Below, piece after piece: positions 10,650 to 23,019 of a stretch of DNA of 64,000 nt. This DNA comes from Lepidodermella squamata (lineage: Eukaryota; Animalia; Gastrotricha): contig JBLDXI010000032.1 of NCBI GenBank assembly GCA_047495785.1, positions 62,001-126,000 on the forward strand, written 5' to 3'. Made by a program: the position numbers and the translations under genes. The first letter of the stretch is position 1. The number at the start of each line of letters is the position of its first letter. Under the pieces are notes generated by a model that was given only the letters and a program-made list of their open reading frames with translations, was not told the DNA's origin and did no database searches.

Positions 10650-13600
10650 CACATTGACTGTTATATACACACATGTGTGTATAAGTTTACTATATAGTGC
10701 CCCATATACACACATGTGTGTATAGATCGCTATCTCCATTACCATGAGGGTGGGATGAGTCAAATTGACAGGTTTACCTAATTATTGGGCCTAGATCAAT
10801 AATCTGCCATCAGATTCGGACCATCACTCACAGAAATAGGTGATTTTAAAAATCGATAATTATCGATATCGATTTCGATACCAAAACAATTTTTCCGAAT
10901 TTTTTAATTATCACCACTGGAAAGAGCATATTTGATTTTACTTAAAACAGGTGAATGATCAACAATTAAACAAAATTCCATTTAGAGAAAAAATCGTCAT
11001 TTTTCAAGCTGATGTTTTATCCAGCATTTTTTACAGACGGCTATTAGGCATGTCTGACAAAATTCCGATGTCGCTTTTCTGAGGCCGAGTCTTTTACAAA
11101 GCTGACAATCTGTTCGTTTTCTTCGGCCATCAGGTCCTCGTTCTTCTTTCACCTTCCTTATATGGCGCTTCCCTTCTCTCAAATTATTGACATTTTCATT
11201 GGCTTCAACAAAACGAACGCGCTTCCTTCGAGGAAATTCGTTCTCGTTCTCGATATCACTGTCGCTCCCATTTCCTAAATCTTGCTGTTGCTGTTGACGA
11301 TCTGGCGAATGAAGGCGAGACGATTCCTCATTTCGCTTGTTATCGTCAGAGTGTACTCGGCTTTCGATAGTGGCAGGCTGAATTTCTCGGAATGGTTGAC
11401 GTTCGGGTCTGTTACTTAGGCGGGTGCTATCGAGATGGTGGCGACTTTCAAAGTTCTCACCCTCGTCCATCAGAGCTTCTAAAAAATAAAAAAATCGACG
11501 TGAAGCGTATTTTTGCAAATTTTTAATCGTACCTAGCTCTTCAGTTATGATTATAAAACAGTTAGGAGACTGGGGAATATTGAGCGTTTGATTCTGTCCG
11601 GTCAGCCAAATTGAATAGCAGTTGCATGCACCGTTGCAGTTGCAGCTCCAAGGCGGCTCTTGTCGAAGCGGTGCCTGCGGTGCTGTATTTGGAGGCGCAG
11701 AGTCTGTCGGGGTAGCGAAAGGCTCGTTTTGCCTTCGAAATGCCGACAGCGGAATTTCGTCCACAGCGGAAATATTCGGTTGTAGATTCAGCTGTGATCT
11801 TCTATCGTTCGCAGCTTCTCTTTCAAACACGAAACTGTCGTAAGTTCGCAACTGTAGCATTTCGCGGACTAAAATTTCACGGAATTGCCTGATTTGCATA
11901 TTTCTCCCAGTTATCTAAAGAAAGAAGGAATAAAATTGCGAATTAAAAATCACAAATAAATTGCAGATACCGAATTAAATAATAGCCACGAGTTAGATAC
12001 GGCTGATCCCAAAAGAAGCTCCACAACCAGCCTGACTTGCCAACGGGACGTACGCCGTAAATTGTGATGATAGGAATTTAACTGGTCGGATTTATCAATA
12101 CCGATTTTTGCTAAACTGTACTCGGTAACGGCATGAGGCTTCGACTTGCCCTTTCCATCGGTAACCAGATCAGGTTGACAAGCAGTGGTTATCATGTGGA
12201 CTTCGCGTTTGTCTTTAAACTTCATATAAGTGACTCCATGAGAACTTAACATTGCACTCGAGACGCAGCCTTTTTTTAAATTGGCACCGCTTACAGAGGT
12301 AGGCAAACCTCGTCGGTTGCTTCGAATCGTACCAGTACAATGCGTATTAACAGCCACCAGTGACTTCGCTAGAGTAACAGATGAATACCAGTTGTCCACG
12401 AAAAGATGCCGGCCTTGATTCAAAAGATTGCTGTTCCTCAGGAGTCGGCGAACCACATTTTCAGCGGCATTGCGGTCTTTCCGATCTGATTTCCCGGTAT
12501 ACGTTTCCACGTCGTAAACATACCCTTAAAAAAAATGTAAAAATTTAAAAAAAAATAAAAAAAAACTGAATTATTTTACCTGTTACGTTGCAGAGCTTGA
12601 AGAGTTTTATGCCGAACTTGTGTCGCTTGCCTTTGATGTACTGCTTCCAAAATAAACGACCGCGCCAGGGAACCATAGTTTCATCAATCACGATTCTCTC
12701 TTGAGGGATGTAGGACTCTCGAAATCGGCTGACTAGTTCTTCGATCACTGGACGAACTCGCCATAATCGATCGGTGTAAGGTTCCAAGTCGTTTTCATTA
12801 ATAGCCGTTAGATCTCGAAAGTCCCAGTTGGCGAGCAGCTCGAAAAACCGTGCCCGAGTAAAAAATCTCGGAACGACCTATTACGACATTATCATATGAA
12901 TCATAATTTTTTGCGATTTATATTCTTACCTGATTATGAAAAAGAGCGTCGTTCGACCAGTATTCATCTATTGTGGGATATTGAACAAGACCCATGTAGA
13001 GTAGCACGCCGAGGAAAAGTATTATTTCAAGCCTGCTCGTATTCTTCCAACCCGGCGATTTTCTTTCACCAGAAGCATTGGTGTTGGTGACAAAGATGTC
13101 GAGCAAATTTTCAGTCAGAAATTGGCGAAATACTGTAAAAGGGGTAACTTTTTCCGGAATATTGGTTGGCCCCGGCTCGGGAAAATTCTTATCGAATTTT
13201 TTCTGTTTCCCAGGGTCATGGTCGCCCCAAACTTCATTTCCAGATTCACGGATAATCCTGCTCAAAGGTTCTTCGTCGGATTCTTGATGCGCCCCCATTA
13301 GATTAATTAAGGGCTCATCATCGGAAATTCCACTGGGATTTTCGGAACTTTTGGACGTGGAACTCTCAGAATCTTCTGAATCTGACGAGAATTTCGTCAT
13401 ATCTATACTCGGCATTGAAGGGGTAACTGACGAAAGTCTAGTTTCAGCCCTGCTAACGGCGCCCCTGCCCCGTCCGCGACCTCGTCCGCGGCGGCCACTG
13501 CCTCTTGGGCGACCTCTAGGACGCTTAACCTGGGAGATGTTTGGTTCAAGACCTAACTCATCGTCATCTAAAACTTCCTCTTCAACCACTACGCTTGTCT

Positions 13601-14200
13601 TTCTTTTTCTGCCACTACCCTTTGGCCGGCCTCTTTGACGATTCAACTGCGTTTTCACCCGAGATGAATCGCTACCGTTGGATTCCAAATCAGAATCACA
13701 GTCCGGATTATATTCCGAATCTGTATCAGTGTCGGAAGATGAAGAAGGGGGCGGCGAGAAATCCCGCGCACGCTTTGTTTGTTTAGCTCTTGACATTGAT
13801 TGGTTGACAACAATGATACAAATTTCAAATCAAAATTTGAAAATGAACTCAACAAAACCAAATTCACACTTGTGTGAATAATATTCTAGAAAACGTTCAT
13901 TGCAACATATGTCGGCTCACCACATACACACATGTGTGTAATTCACACAAACATCCATGTACACCATACACACACATGTGTGTATCGTCTAGCACAAACA
14001 TACGCCATATACACACATGTGTGTATTTACAAAAATCGTTATTACGTAATAACCGTGACGATCCGGATTTTTTGATATGTGCCAAAACTTTTGTATTGAT
14101 GTCCTCTATCGATTAAGAAAAAAAAATGGGGGGGTGTCTGAAAAGTGCATTTTTGCAAAACCCCCAGGAGCCAGTGAGCCTTCGATCAACTGCCCCTTTC
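10650..14200 (-). mobile_element. piggyBac-family transposon (one terminus not found)
   Basis: Encodes a PGBD transposase. Palindromes of the TATACACACATGTGTGTATA type at 10664, 10705, ~13924, ~13966 and ~14008. Candidate left end TTAG|CACATTGACTG; right boundary approximate. Confidence 0.8.
10997..13796 (-). CDS. piggyBac transposase (PGBD4-like), spliced
   Basis: Catalytic motifs IVIDETMV, LFVDNWYSS and GIDKSDQ; KGKRHKFGIK; C-terminal CQLC...CQTC...CKKCW..H domain; N-terminal RGRP AT-hooks. Introns include 11479-11532 and 11915-11970. Confidence 0.92.
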
Positions 14201-14431
14201 ACTTTATATAGGATTTCAGATTGGAGATAAAAGATAGAACTATAGCAGTTAGACATTTTATGAACCAGAAAATGAGCCCTCCTATAAAGCTTGGAAATAT
14301 TTCAGGCCATTGCAAAAACAGGGAAAAGCACAACCCTCGGTCTTTAAGAAATCGAATTATCAACGCGTGAAATCAAATATTAGAATCGAGAAAATGAGTG
14401 AAATCGGTGGCTGGGTCAAGAGATCCGAACA

Positions 14432-17400
14432 TCAGATAGTACAATCAGGAGCCACGCAAGCTGAAAATGTAAAGTGGCATCCTGCAAGCGTGAAAGACTT
14501 ATCGCTTCCAACTTACTTTAGGTTCCTGATGCAAGAAGAATATGAAAGGAAATTTCGGAATCAATGAAAACAGATAATTTACTTGTAGAGCAATCAGCTC
14601 CCGTCCAGCCAGCAATGCAGACGCATTGATTTGGCGCAACACATGTACCTCGAAGATAACAACCCGCGGGGCAGGTAGCTATTATGGAGATAGAAGGTTA
14701 CCTCTGATTACACAGTGATCAGTGATAACTGAGAAGAAAACGTACGCGCAGTACAATCTGGAGCCATCCAAGATGCTGTGCAGGAACAGCGGTTAGGTCT
14801 GATGCACGTTCCTCCATTTGGGCAACCAGATGGGCAGGCAGCTATAGATTTGAAAGCTTTAAATGTGGCTTATAGACGAATGTTATTGTTACGAGTATCG
14901 CACAACACCCCTGTCCAGCCTGGAGAACAGGTGCAGTTCGGTGCAGTCGGCGCCAAGCATCTTCCTCCAATGCCGCATCCTGGGTTGCATACAGCTGTAA
15001 AGGACGAAAAGCTGCGAAAAGGTGTTAGAGATTGAAAATCGAAAATGGTATACGGGTGGTGCAATCCAAGCCGCCCCAACCCGTCTGACACGTGCAGCGA
15101 GAACCTCCCGAACTGTTCATATCTCCAACGCAAGTTTCAGATTGGCAGTTGGCAGCACAGGTTATATCTGGCGAGAAAATAATGTGAAGACATACAGGTA
15201 GGTAAACAGTAATTACGGTTTATCAGCTTGCACTGATCTTTAAGCTTTGAAAGCTGGCTCAAGGTCAGGGCTGCTTTGTGAATTGAGAAACAAGCGTACT
15301 TGTTGTTGTACGCTGTATTCAATGAACCGCCATTGGGAATTCGTCTGAGATTCATAAATTTTTCGATTCAAAAATACGTAAAATATACAATTTATGAGAT
15401 TTGACAAAGCAAGTTCAAGTTGTTTTAAGTTGTCAACTTGAATTGGGGATTGAGATGGATCCCCACTGTATCCTACTTAAGAACTTGCCTGGCTCCTAGA
15501 AATAGCGTGCGATGAGTGATCACTGATGTTGGAGCCACAGGAAGGCTGAATTGATCATCACAGACGATCGTGAACTGCGAACTACTAGCGTTCCAGATCA
15601 TGGCATAGAACCGCCACCCAGTTAGGTTTGTCGAAAAAGAAGCAGCCGGGCCAGAAGGAGAAGAGTATCCGAACAAGTCATTTGTTTGTAAATCGTTCCC
15701 ATTAGTTCCGCTATAGCGCCACATAGCCGCGAATCCAGTCGTTCCATCGCCGAACTCAAAAACAGGTCCTCGCACCGGCAGATTTGCGAACACTGAAATT
15801 GTGAAAGAAGATGTAGTAACATTCAGAGCGTCCGCTGTTATGTTTATCCAATTGCTAGCAGTGCCGGTCTCAACAGCAGTGTCCGCGATTCCAAATGGTC
15901 CGACTGCATTTGGGCAAGAAGTTGGCTGATAGGTTGCGTCCATGTCATTGCCAGATATGTCTCGATTCCGAAACAGACTGTTTAACGGCCAATATCCGAG
16001 GAGGCTGGGTAAGCTTGCTTGGTTGCTGATAAATTGATACAAATGATCTCGGCCTGTGGGTTGCCCTGAAACGTTATACGACAATGCAAAGCAGGTAATG
16101 TTTTGAATTTTGAAATATATCCGGGGTTAAAAAAAGACAATTTTCACGGAGGATAGGTTTAGCCTTTGGGTCACGCAATCGTCAAAGATTTCTCACTTGA
16201 ACTCTGCAAGATTTAATCGAAACCGAATGAGCTATCTTTATCTGAAAATGACACATAATGTTCAAGAGATTCTCCGAACTTCTACCCAACTAGACACTTA
16301 ATTAACTGTTCGCTGGCAAGAGTCAATGAATCTCACGTGAATTGCATGAAGCACCAGTCCAGCTGTTGAAACACGTGCAGGTGTTAGGGCCTGTGCATCG
16401 ACCGCCAACGCCGCAATCAGGGTCACACATGGCTAGTGAATAGTGTACGATGGACTCTGACCCTTCAATATTGGAGAAGAATGGGAACATACGAATGCTG
16501 CAGTCCAAATTTGTCCAGCCAGTTTGGCAGGTACAACGGTAACCTCCAGGGGTGGTAATATCGCCAACACACGTTCCAGATTGGCAATTCGACGAACACG
16601 TAATCTCTGCAATAATAAACAGGCAATAATAAACTGCAAAAATAATCATCCAAGGGTTTGATATATTTATTTACGATTTATCATTTGACACTGACTGCGA
16701 AGGAGAGCCAGTTGCGCTGTATTGAATGCTGTTTTATGAATCGAAAAGCACGCGTATTTGTTGTTATACGGCCCAGACAACGCGTTATTGGGACTCGGAA
16801 GATTCCTGATAATGGAAAGGTTGGGGTATCATGGAACTCGTCTAATAGCCGGATGAACCGACCTTGCTCCCAGGTAAAGGTATTTATAAGTATCGAAAGA
16901 CGAAACGGTAAGAGGCGAACTGATTTGGTCGTCGCATGCTGTTGTCATTTTCGAAGTGCTAGCGTCGAAAACTTGGGCAACAAAGCGCCAGCCGGACATG
17001 TCGCAGTTCTGAATTATTTGTGCACCTTGTCCTGGGCCGGCGTAGATCGCATTTGGCTGCATGATTGTAGTGTCGGCTACAAGCCTCCAGAGAAGAGCGT
17101 AATTGTTTGTCGCGTTTTGGAATTCGAAGATCGGACCTCTTTTCGAGGTGTAGACATAGACGGCTAAGGTAACCGATGACGAGCCAATAATTAGAGCGTC
17201 GGAGGTTATGTTTAGGAAGTTTCCGGCGTTGTTAGCATGCGTTTCGATAGCTGAACCTGGTTGTCCAAAGGGGCCCTGTGTAACCGGAGAGGAGGTCGGC
17301 TGTGAGACAGCATCAATTCGGTTGCTTGAAATATCTCGCAGACCGAATAGCGAATTAAGCGGCCAATAGCCTAGGATGTTTGTCAAATTCAACTGATTCA

Positions 17401-17482
17401 CCGCATACTGGGAACCATAGTCCTGCCCATTCAACTCATGCGCTACAAGCACGGTGATGAGGAATAGAAATAGGTTTTCCAT
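14432..17482 (-). CDS. Secreted LamG/ConA-like-EGF protein copy 2 (SP-LamG-2xEGF-LamG-4xEGF-short Cys tail)
   Basis: Signal peptide MENLFLFLITVLVAHELNG; two GYWPLN...GPFG...WRF domains; six EGF exons. A phase-1 splice TCA C|GTGAG to CAG|GG CAA joins the two halves. Ends TCVAPDCTI*. Confidence 0.85.
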
Positions 17483-19028
17483 ATTCTTCGAAGTTATTCT
17501 TCAGCAAGTAAAATCAAATGAGGTTGTTTGACAATATAAAAAATGCCTGCTCATCTAAATCATTTAGTCATTGTCATCTTATCGAACAGTTTTGCGTGGC
17601 TAATTAATTTATAGGTGAATAAATTCTCGAAGTTCGTCTCCTCTAATATTGAAAATATCGCACCAACAGACGAGCGTAATTGCCGCTGCAGTTAATGTTG
17701 ATAGTTGGATGGTTTTTGGTGGATATTCTTCAAAAGCGAAGGTGCAAAGAATGGTTTTCACGGAACTAGCTCATCTATAAATTAATGAGCCGCCGTCGGC
17801 AACAAAATGACGCTGCAAATTAATAAGTGATGATTCTTACGTGATTTGCCTAGATCATTAAAATACCAAGTCATCAGTCGGTCACCGCACCGAAAAGATG
17901 CAGTGCAGGAACAGCGGTTAGGTCTGGTGCAAGTTCATTGCAGATGAATAAGAAGTAAGACAGTAACTAGTCTCAAGCCTTCCTTGCAGCAAATTCAGTG
18001 TCGATCAGAATTACTTCGTTCTAAATAGACATTGTTGACGTTTCCGTGCTATTCTTCACTAACGCCCTATAATAGTTCCTGTCAACATTAGCCAGTACAA
18101 CATTAGTTACAGTTCCAACACTTTTCTCTACAAAATCCTTTGCGGAAAGACGTGAATTATTGTGACTTCATTCGATTGACTGCAAGCCAGATGAGTCTGA
18201 TATTTCCTGCATTTCAGCGTCTAGTCCTTACAGATCACGTGGTCTTGTTTATTATTTATTATTCGTCCAGGGTGAACGATTTAAAGTTGTTATCGATTTC
18301 AGAAATGATTGTTCGCCTCAGTCCTTGGTGAGATTGTAGAATAATTTCGAGCGCTTTATAGCGATTAGGGCTTGGGATAGCATGATGGATTTAACAATGA
18401 TTTAATTAATACAGCGTGGTTTGCCTCTTCATCGGAAACGCTATTGTGGAAACGCTATTCCTGTTCACTTTACACTCTCCTGAATCCAGAGTCCGAATGA
18501 GATTCTGGCGTCGCATCATCCGTTTGAGTCAGAGACGCATTCAACGTTGATAAAAACCAGTTAGATGGAATTTCATATTTGATGGTACCCAAAGTTGTAC
18601 CTAGCTGGTAGTTCTATCAAATTTGTACTTTTTAGGTACCCCTGCCGATTGCTTAACTCACAAATTTCGGAAAGATATATAGGACGTTTTGGAAGTTAGC
18701 CCAAGTCGAATTTCGTCAAGAACCCAACTATAAAATCAGACAGCATAAGTAAGTGTAGATGGACGCTTTGTTGTTCAAGCTTGTAACGGATTACGGGATC
18801 GTTTCTGGATCGCTTCAACTTCCGTTCTGTTCACAATGAATAAAATAAATATCACGGCAAGCTCATTTATATTCCCGCACATCGAATTGATTTATTCAAC
18901 GGAATACTGCATTATAAATTCGTTTAGAAAATTGTAGAACTATTGACGTTTAACACAACAATTTTTGTAAGAAAGGAATAGAGGGGCTTAGTGATCAGCT
19001 GATTCAGCGTTGGCGCTGTGCGTGAAAA

Positions 19029-21907
19029 TCAAAGGGCGCAACCTGGAGCGATGCAAGCTAATAAATAAAACACGATCAACTGCAAGCAAGAAAAAGAAAA
19101 TTTGAATTCGAACTTACCCTGAGTTCCTAGGACAAAAGAAACAGCAAAAAAAGAATTACTAATTGATAGATAAATTAAAAATTACTAGTTGAGCAATCAG
19201 CGCCCGTCCAGCCAGCATTGCAGACGCATTGATTGGGGGCGGCACAAGTACCCCGAAGGAAACAACTTGCCGGACAGATGGCTATTGATGAGATTGAAGT
19301 TCAGTATCATAGATAGATGTAAGAAAATTCAAATTAAATTTTAGAGCTGCGAGGAAAAATTTACGAGTAGTACAATCGGGGGCCATCCAAGATGCTGCGC
19401 AGGAACAGCGGTTAGGTCTGATGCACGTTCCTCCATTCGGACATCCGGATGGGCAAACAGCTGGGAAATAGAAGGCTTTGCAACTGTATGGATTATTAAA
19501 GTATCGCTTACGGGTATCACACAACACCCCAGCCCAGCCTGGAGTACAAGTGCAAGAGTTCGGCGCCAAGCATCTGCCTCCAATGCCGCATGCTGGGTTG
19601 CATACAGCTGTAAAGGACGAAAAGCTGCGAAAAGGTGTTAGAGATTAATAATCGGCAATATAATACGGGTAGTACAATCCCAGCCTCCCCAGCCAGTCTG
19701 ACACGTGCAGCGAAACCCTCCTAAACTATTCAGATCTCCAACGCAAGATTCAGCCAGACAGTTAGTAGGACAAGCTATTTCTGGCGAAGAAATTGTTGAT
19801 GTATAAATGTTAGGCAGAAAGAAATTCACGGTTTATCAGCTTGCATTGTTCCTTGAGCTTTGAAAGCTCGTTCGATGTCAGAACGGTTTTGTGGATCGAC
19901 GTACAGGCGTATGTATTGTTAAACGCCCCATTGAAACTAGTTGAAGGTATTCGCCTGAAAATGGACCAAATTAGTCGAATATCTCAAATCTCAAATCTGT
20001 GACTCTATTCTTGGTATGGTTTACATTAAAAAGCTTATTAACTCGCCTTGCTCCCAGGTAAAGAGTGGATGCCGTATATATAGCCGATATCTTCAGGGGA
20101 ACACTGAATTGATCGTCGCAGAGAATTGTCATTTGAGAGCTGTTTGCGTTCCAAATCATAGCGTAGAATCGCCACCCCGTCATATTGGCTTGCAAATATT
20201 TCCAAGGGCCATTGTAAGAAGAGTAGCCGACCAAGTCGGTTGGTTGTAAGTCGTTTCCATTAGTTGTGCTGTAACGCCACAATGACGCAAATCCACTGGT
20301 CCCATCGCCGTACTCGAAAACTGGGCCTCGCCGTGGCAAGTTTGCAAAGACAGTAATTGTGAAAGAAGTCGTTAGGACGCCTGATGGGATATTTATCCAA
20401 TTTCCAGCGGTTCCAGTCTGTAGCGAAGTGTTCAGTTGCTCGTAGGGTCCAATGGCCGCGGGGCAAGGGGTTGGCTCAAATGTCGCGTCAATTCCATTGC
20501 CAGATATGTCTCGATTCCGAAACAGAGCGTTCAGCGGCCAATATCCGAGAAGGCTAGGCAAACTTGCCTGGTTCGTGATAAATTGTTGGACATTATCTCG
20601 GCCGGACGTCAATTCTGAAAACACCAGCGGAGCTTTAAAACTATAATTGCTAGCACTTATGCTCGAAGATAGGCTAATATTGAAGGATTGGGCTATGGTT
20701 GGGAAAGAAGACTTTTCTTCCCAGAAAGGAAACTTTATTTGCCTAGTCTAACTATCTATCAAGGGTAAAAATTAAAAATTAGTTAATTCTCACGAGTTGT
20801 GCAGAGAGAACCAGTCCAGCCATTATAACAAGAACAGGTATTAGGAGCAGTACATCGGCCGCCAACACCGCAGGTAGGATCACAAACGGCTGATCGGAAC
20901 GGTTAAATACTACAATTCGAACGTAATTATCGTTTTGAATGGGACATACGAATGCTGCAATCCCAGTTTGTCCAACCGAATTGGCAAGTGCATCGATAGC
21001 CTCCTGGAATTAAAAGATCCCCAACGCATGTCCCAGCCTGACATTTGGTCGAACAGGTGATTTCTATAGTGGTATTATAACGGATTGAACATAACATTGC
21101 AATACTTGAAAGCGTCTTACGATTGATAATTTGGCATTGATTTCGAAGAAGAGCCAACTGCGCTGCGTTGAGCGCTGTTTTATGTATTGATAAGCAAGCG
21201 TATTTGTTGTTGTACGGCCCAGACAACGCGTCACCTGGAAGTTTCCTGTCAAGGCAGAGAATTTATGATTATGAGGTGATATGTAATACTAACCTCGTTC
21301 CAAGGTAAAGGGTCCTATAAGTACTAATCAACGAGGTGGTAAGAGGTGAACTTATTTGATCGTCGCAAACTGCTGTCATTTTCGTAGTGGTAGAGTCGAA
21401 AACTTGCGCAACAAAGCGCCAACCAGACATGTCGCAGTTCTGAATTATTTCGGACCCTGGGCCGGGTGAGACGTAAATAGAATTTGGCTGCATAATATTG
21501 GTGTCGGACACAAGCCTCCAAAAATGAGCGTAATTGATCGTTGCGTCCTCGAATTCGTAGATCGGACCTCTTATTGAGGTAAGCACGAAGCCGGCTATGG
21601 TTACTGATGATGCGCCAACATTCAGAAGGTCCGAAGTTATGTATAGGTAATTTCCGGTGCTGTTTGCGTGAGTTTCGATCGCGGTGCCAGGCTGCCCAAA
21701 GGGACCAACGGTCACCGGCGAAGAAGATGGCGCAGAAGTCGCATGGATTAGATTTGCCGAAATGTCTTTTAGTCCGAACAGTGAATTCAGTGGCCAATAC
21801 CCAATGATATTAGAAAAATTCAACTGGTTAAGGGCGAACTGAGTGCCGTAATCTTGTCCCCGTACTTCATGCGTGGTGATTAATAGAAGGATAATGTGTT
21901 GAAGCAT
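19029..21907 (-). CDS. Secreted LamG/ConA-like-EGF protein copy 3
   Basis: Signal peptide MLQHIILLLITTHEVRG; same exon structure and phases as copy 2; ends ACIAPGCAL*. Confidence 0.85.
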
Positions 21908-22546
21908 TTTTAGCGTATTTCAATCCTAACTAAAAAAGAGCGAAGGTAAAAGAGAAAAGACTGTCGTTTTATTTTGAGGTAGCAGTTATACGATCAGCAA
22001 GTCATTAATTCATTGATGAAGCCTTGTCTGCGGCGGTAAAATGTGAATGTAAATTCTAACGATCATGTCAAAAAATAAGCTGCCAATCATCTCCATCGAT
22101 CTAAACATCGATCTAAATATTTCTATCCACATCACGAAAGCGTTTTCTTCATTCCTAAATAACACTGTGTACTTTTATTGGTAATCTTTGTTTGCGTCAT
22201 CGGATGAAGGTAGGTGCGCAAACGAACAGTGACAAAGGCAACTCGTGAGTCTCGTGTAGTTCGATCGAGCATGCCAGCCAAACCGAGCTATTCACTGCCT
22301 GCTAATCATTTTCAGCACCAGTCACTCAAACGGCACCTAATAATCAATCACGAGTAGGAATCCCAGCAATGCCGTAACATCATGAATGAAAAAAACACAT
22401 GTTCATTATAGGGCGACTTTGCAGTCATGTGATCTGAAAGATTTGAAAGATTTTGGGACAAGGGACAATGCAAAAAATACCTAATCAACAAAAAAGACCG
22501 GAAGCGTTTCCAGCCGCATATGAATGAAACACAGCCCATGATATTA

Positions 22547-22906
22547 CAGTGTGTCCAAGAAATTGAGGTCAAAGCTGTTTACCTGCTTTTTCATCAATTC
22601 AAGGATTTTTTTTTCCATAAAGTCTATGAGGTTGGGCAGATCCGTACGAAAGAGGATTCTCGCCTGTTAGACATTGCTCATTGCCGCGCGATCAACAGTT
22701 GGCAACAGGGCTACAACCCCAATTTGTAAGACAGCTGAAAACAACGATTTTCACGTATCATTTATGATTTTCGCACACATCAAAAACCGTTCGAAATGAC
22801 AGATTTCAGATGTCATTTCAATGTCAGATGTAGCCTCATGGATAAGCTCCTCGAAGTGATGAAAAATCAGGTGAATAACTTTGACCTCAATTTCTTGGGC
22901 ACTCTG
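22547..22906. mobile_element. Tc1/mariner-like MITE
   Basis: TA|CAGTGTGTCCAAGAAATTGAGGTCAAAG... is inverted as ...CTTTGACCTCAATTTCTTGGGCACTCTG; imperfect TIRs of about 55 bp. Confidence 0.7.
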
Positions 22907-23019
22907 AATAACATGAGAACATAACAGATTCAGCGATGTTTTTATTGAGAAGGGTCAGCACAAATCAAATCGGGAAAATGAAAGATCACAGTGAGATAGT
23001 ATCAGTAAAATATAATGTA

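Noticed and set aside
10664-14026. Spaced palindromes as CRISPR repeats
   Set aside because: Only two to three per cluster, flanking a piggyBac transposase in a eukaryote; better explained as subterminal repeats.
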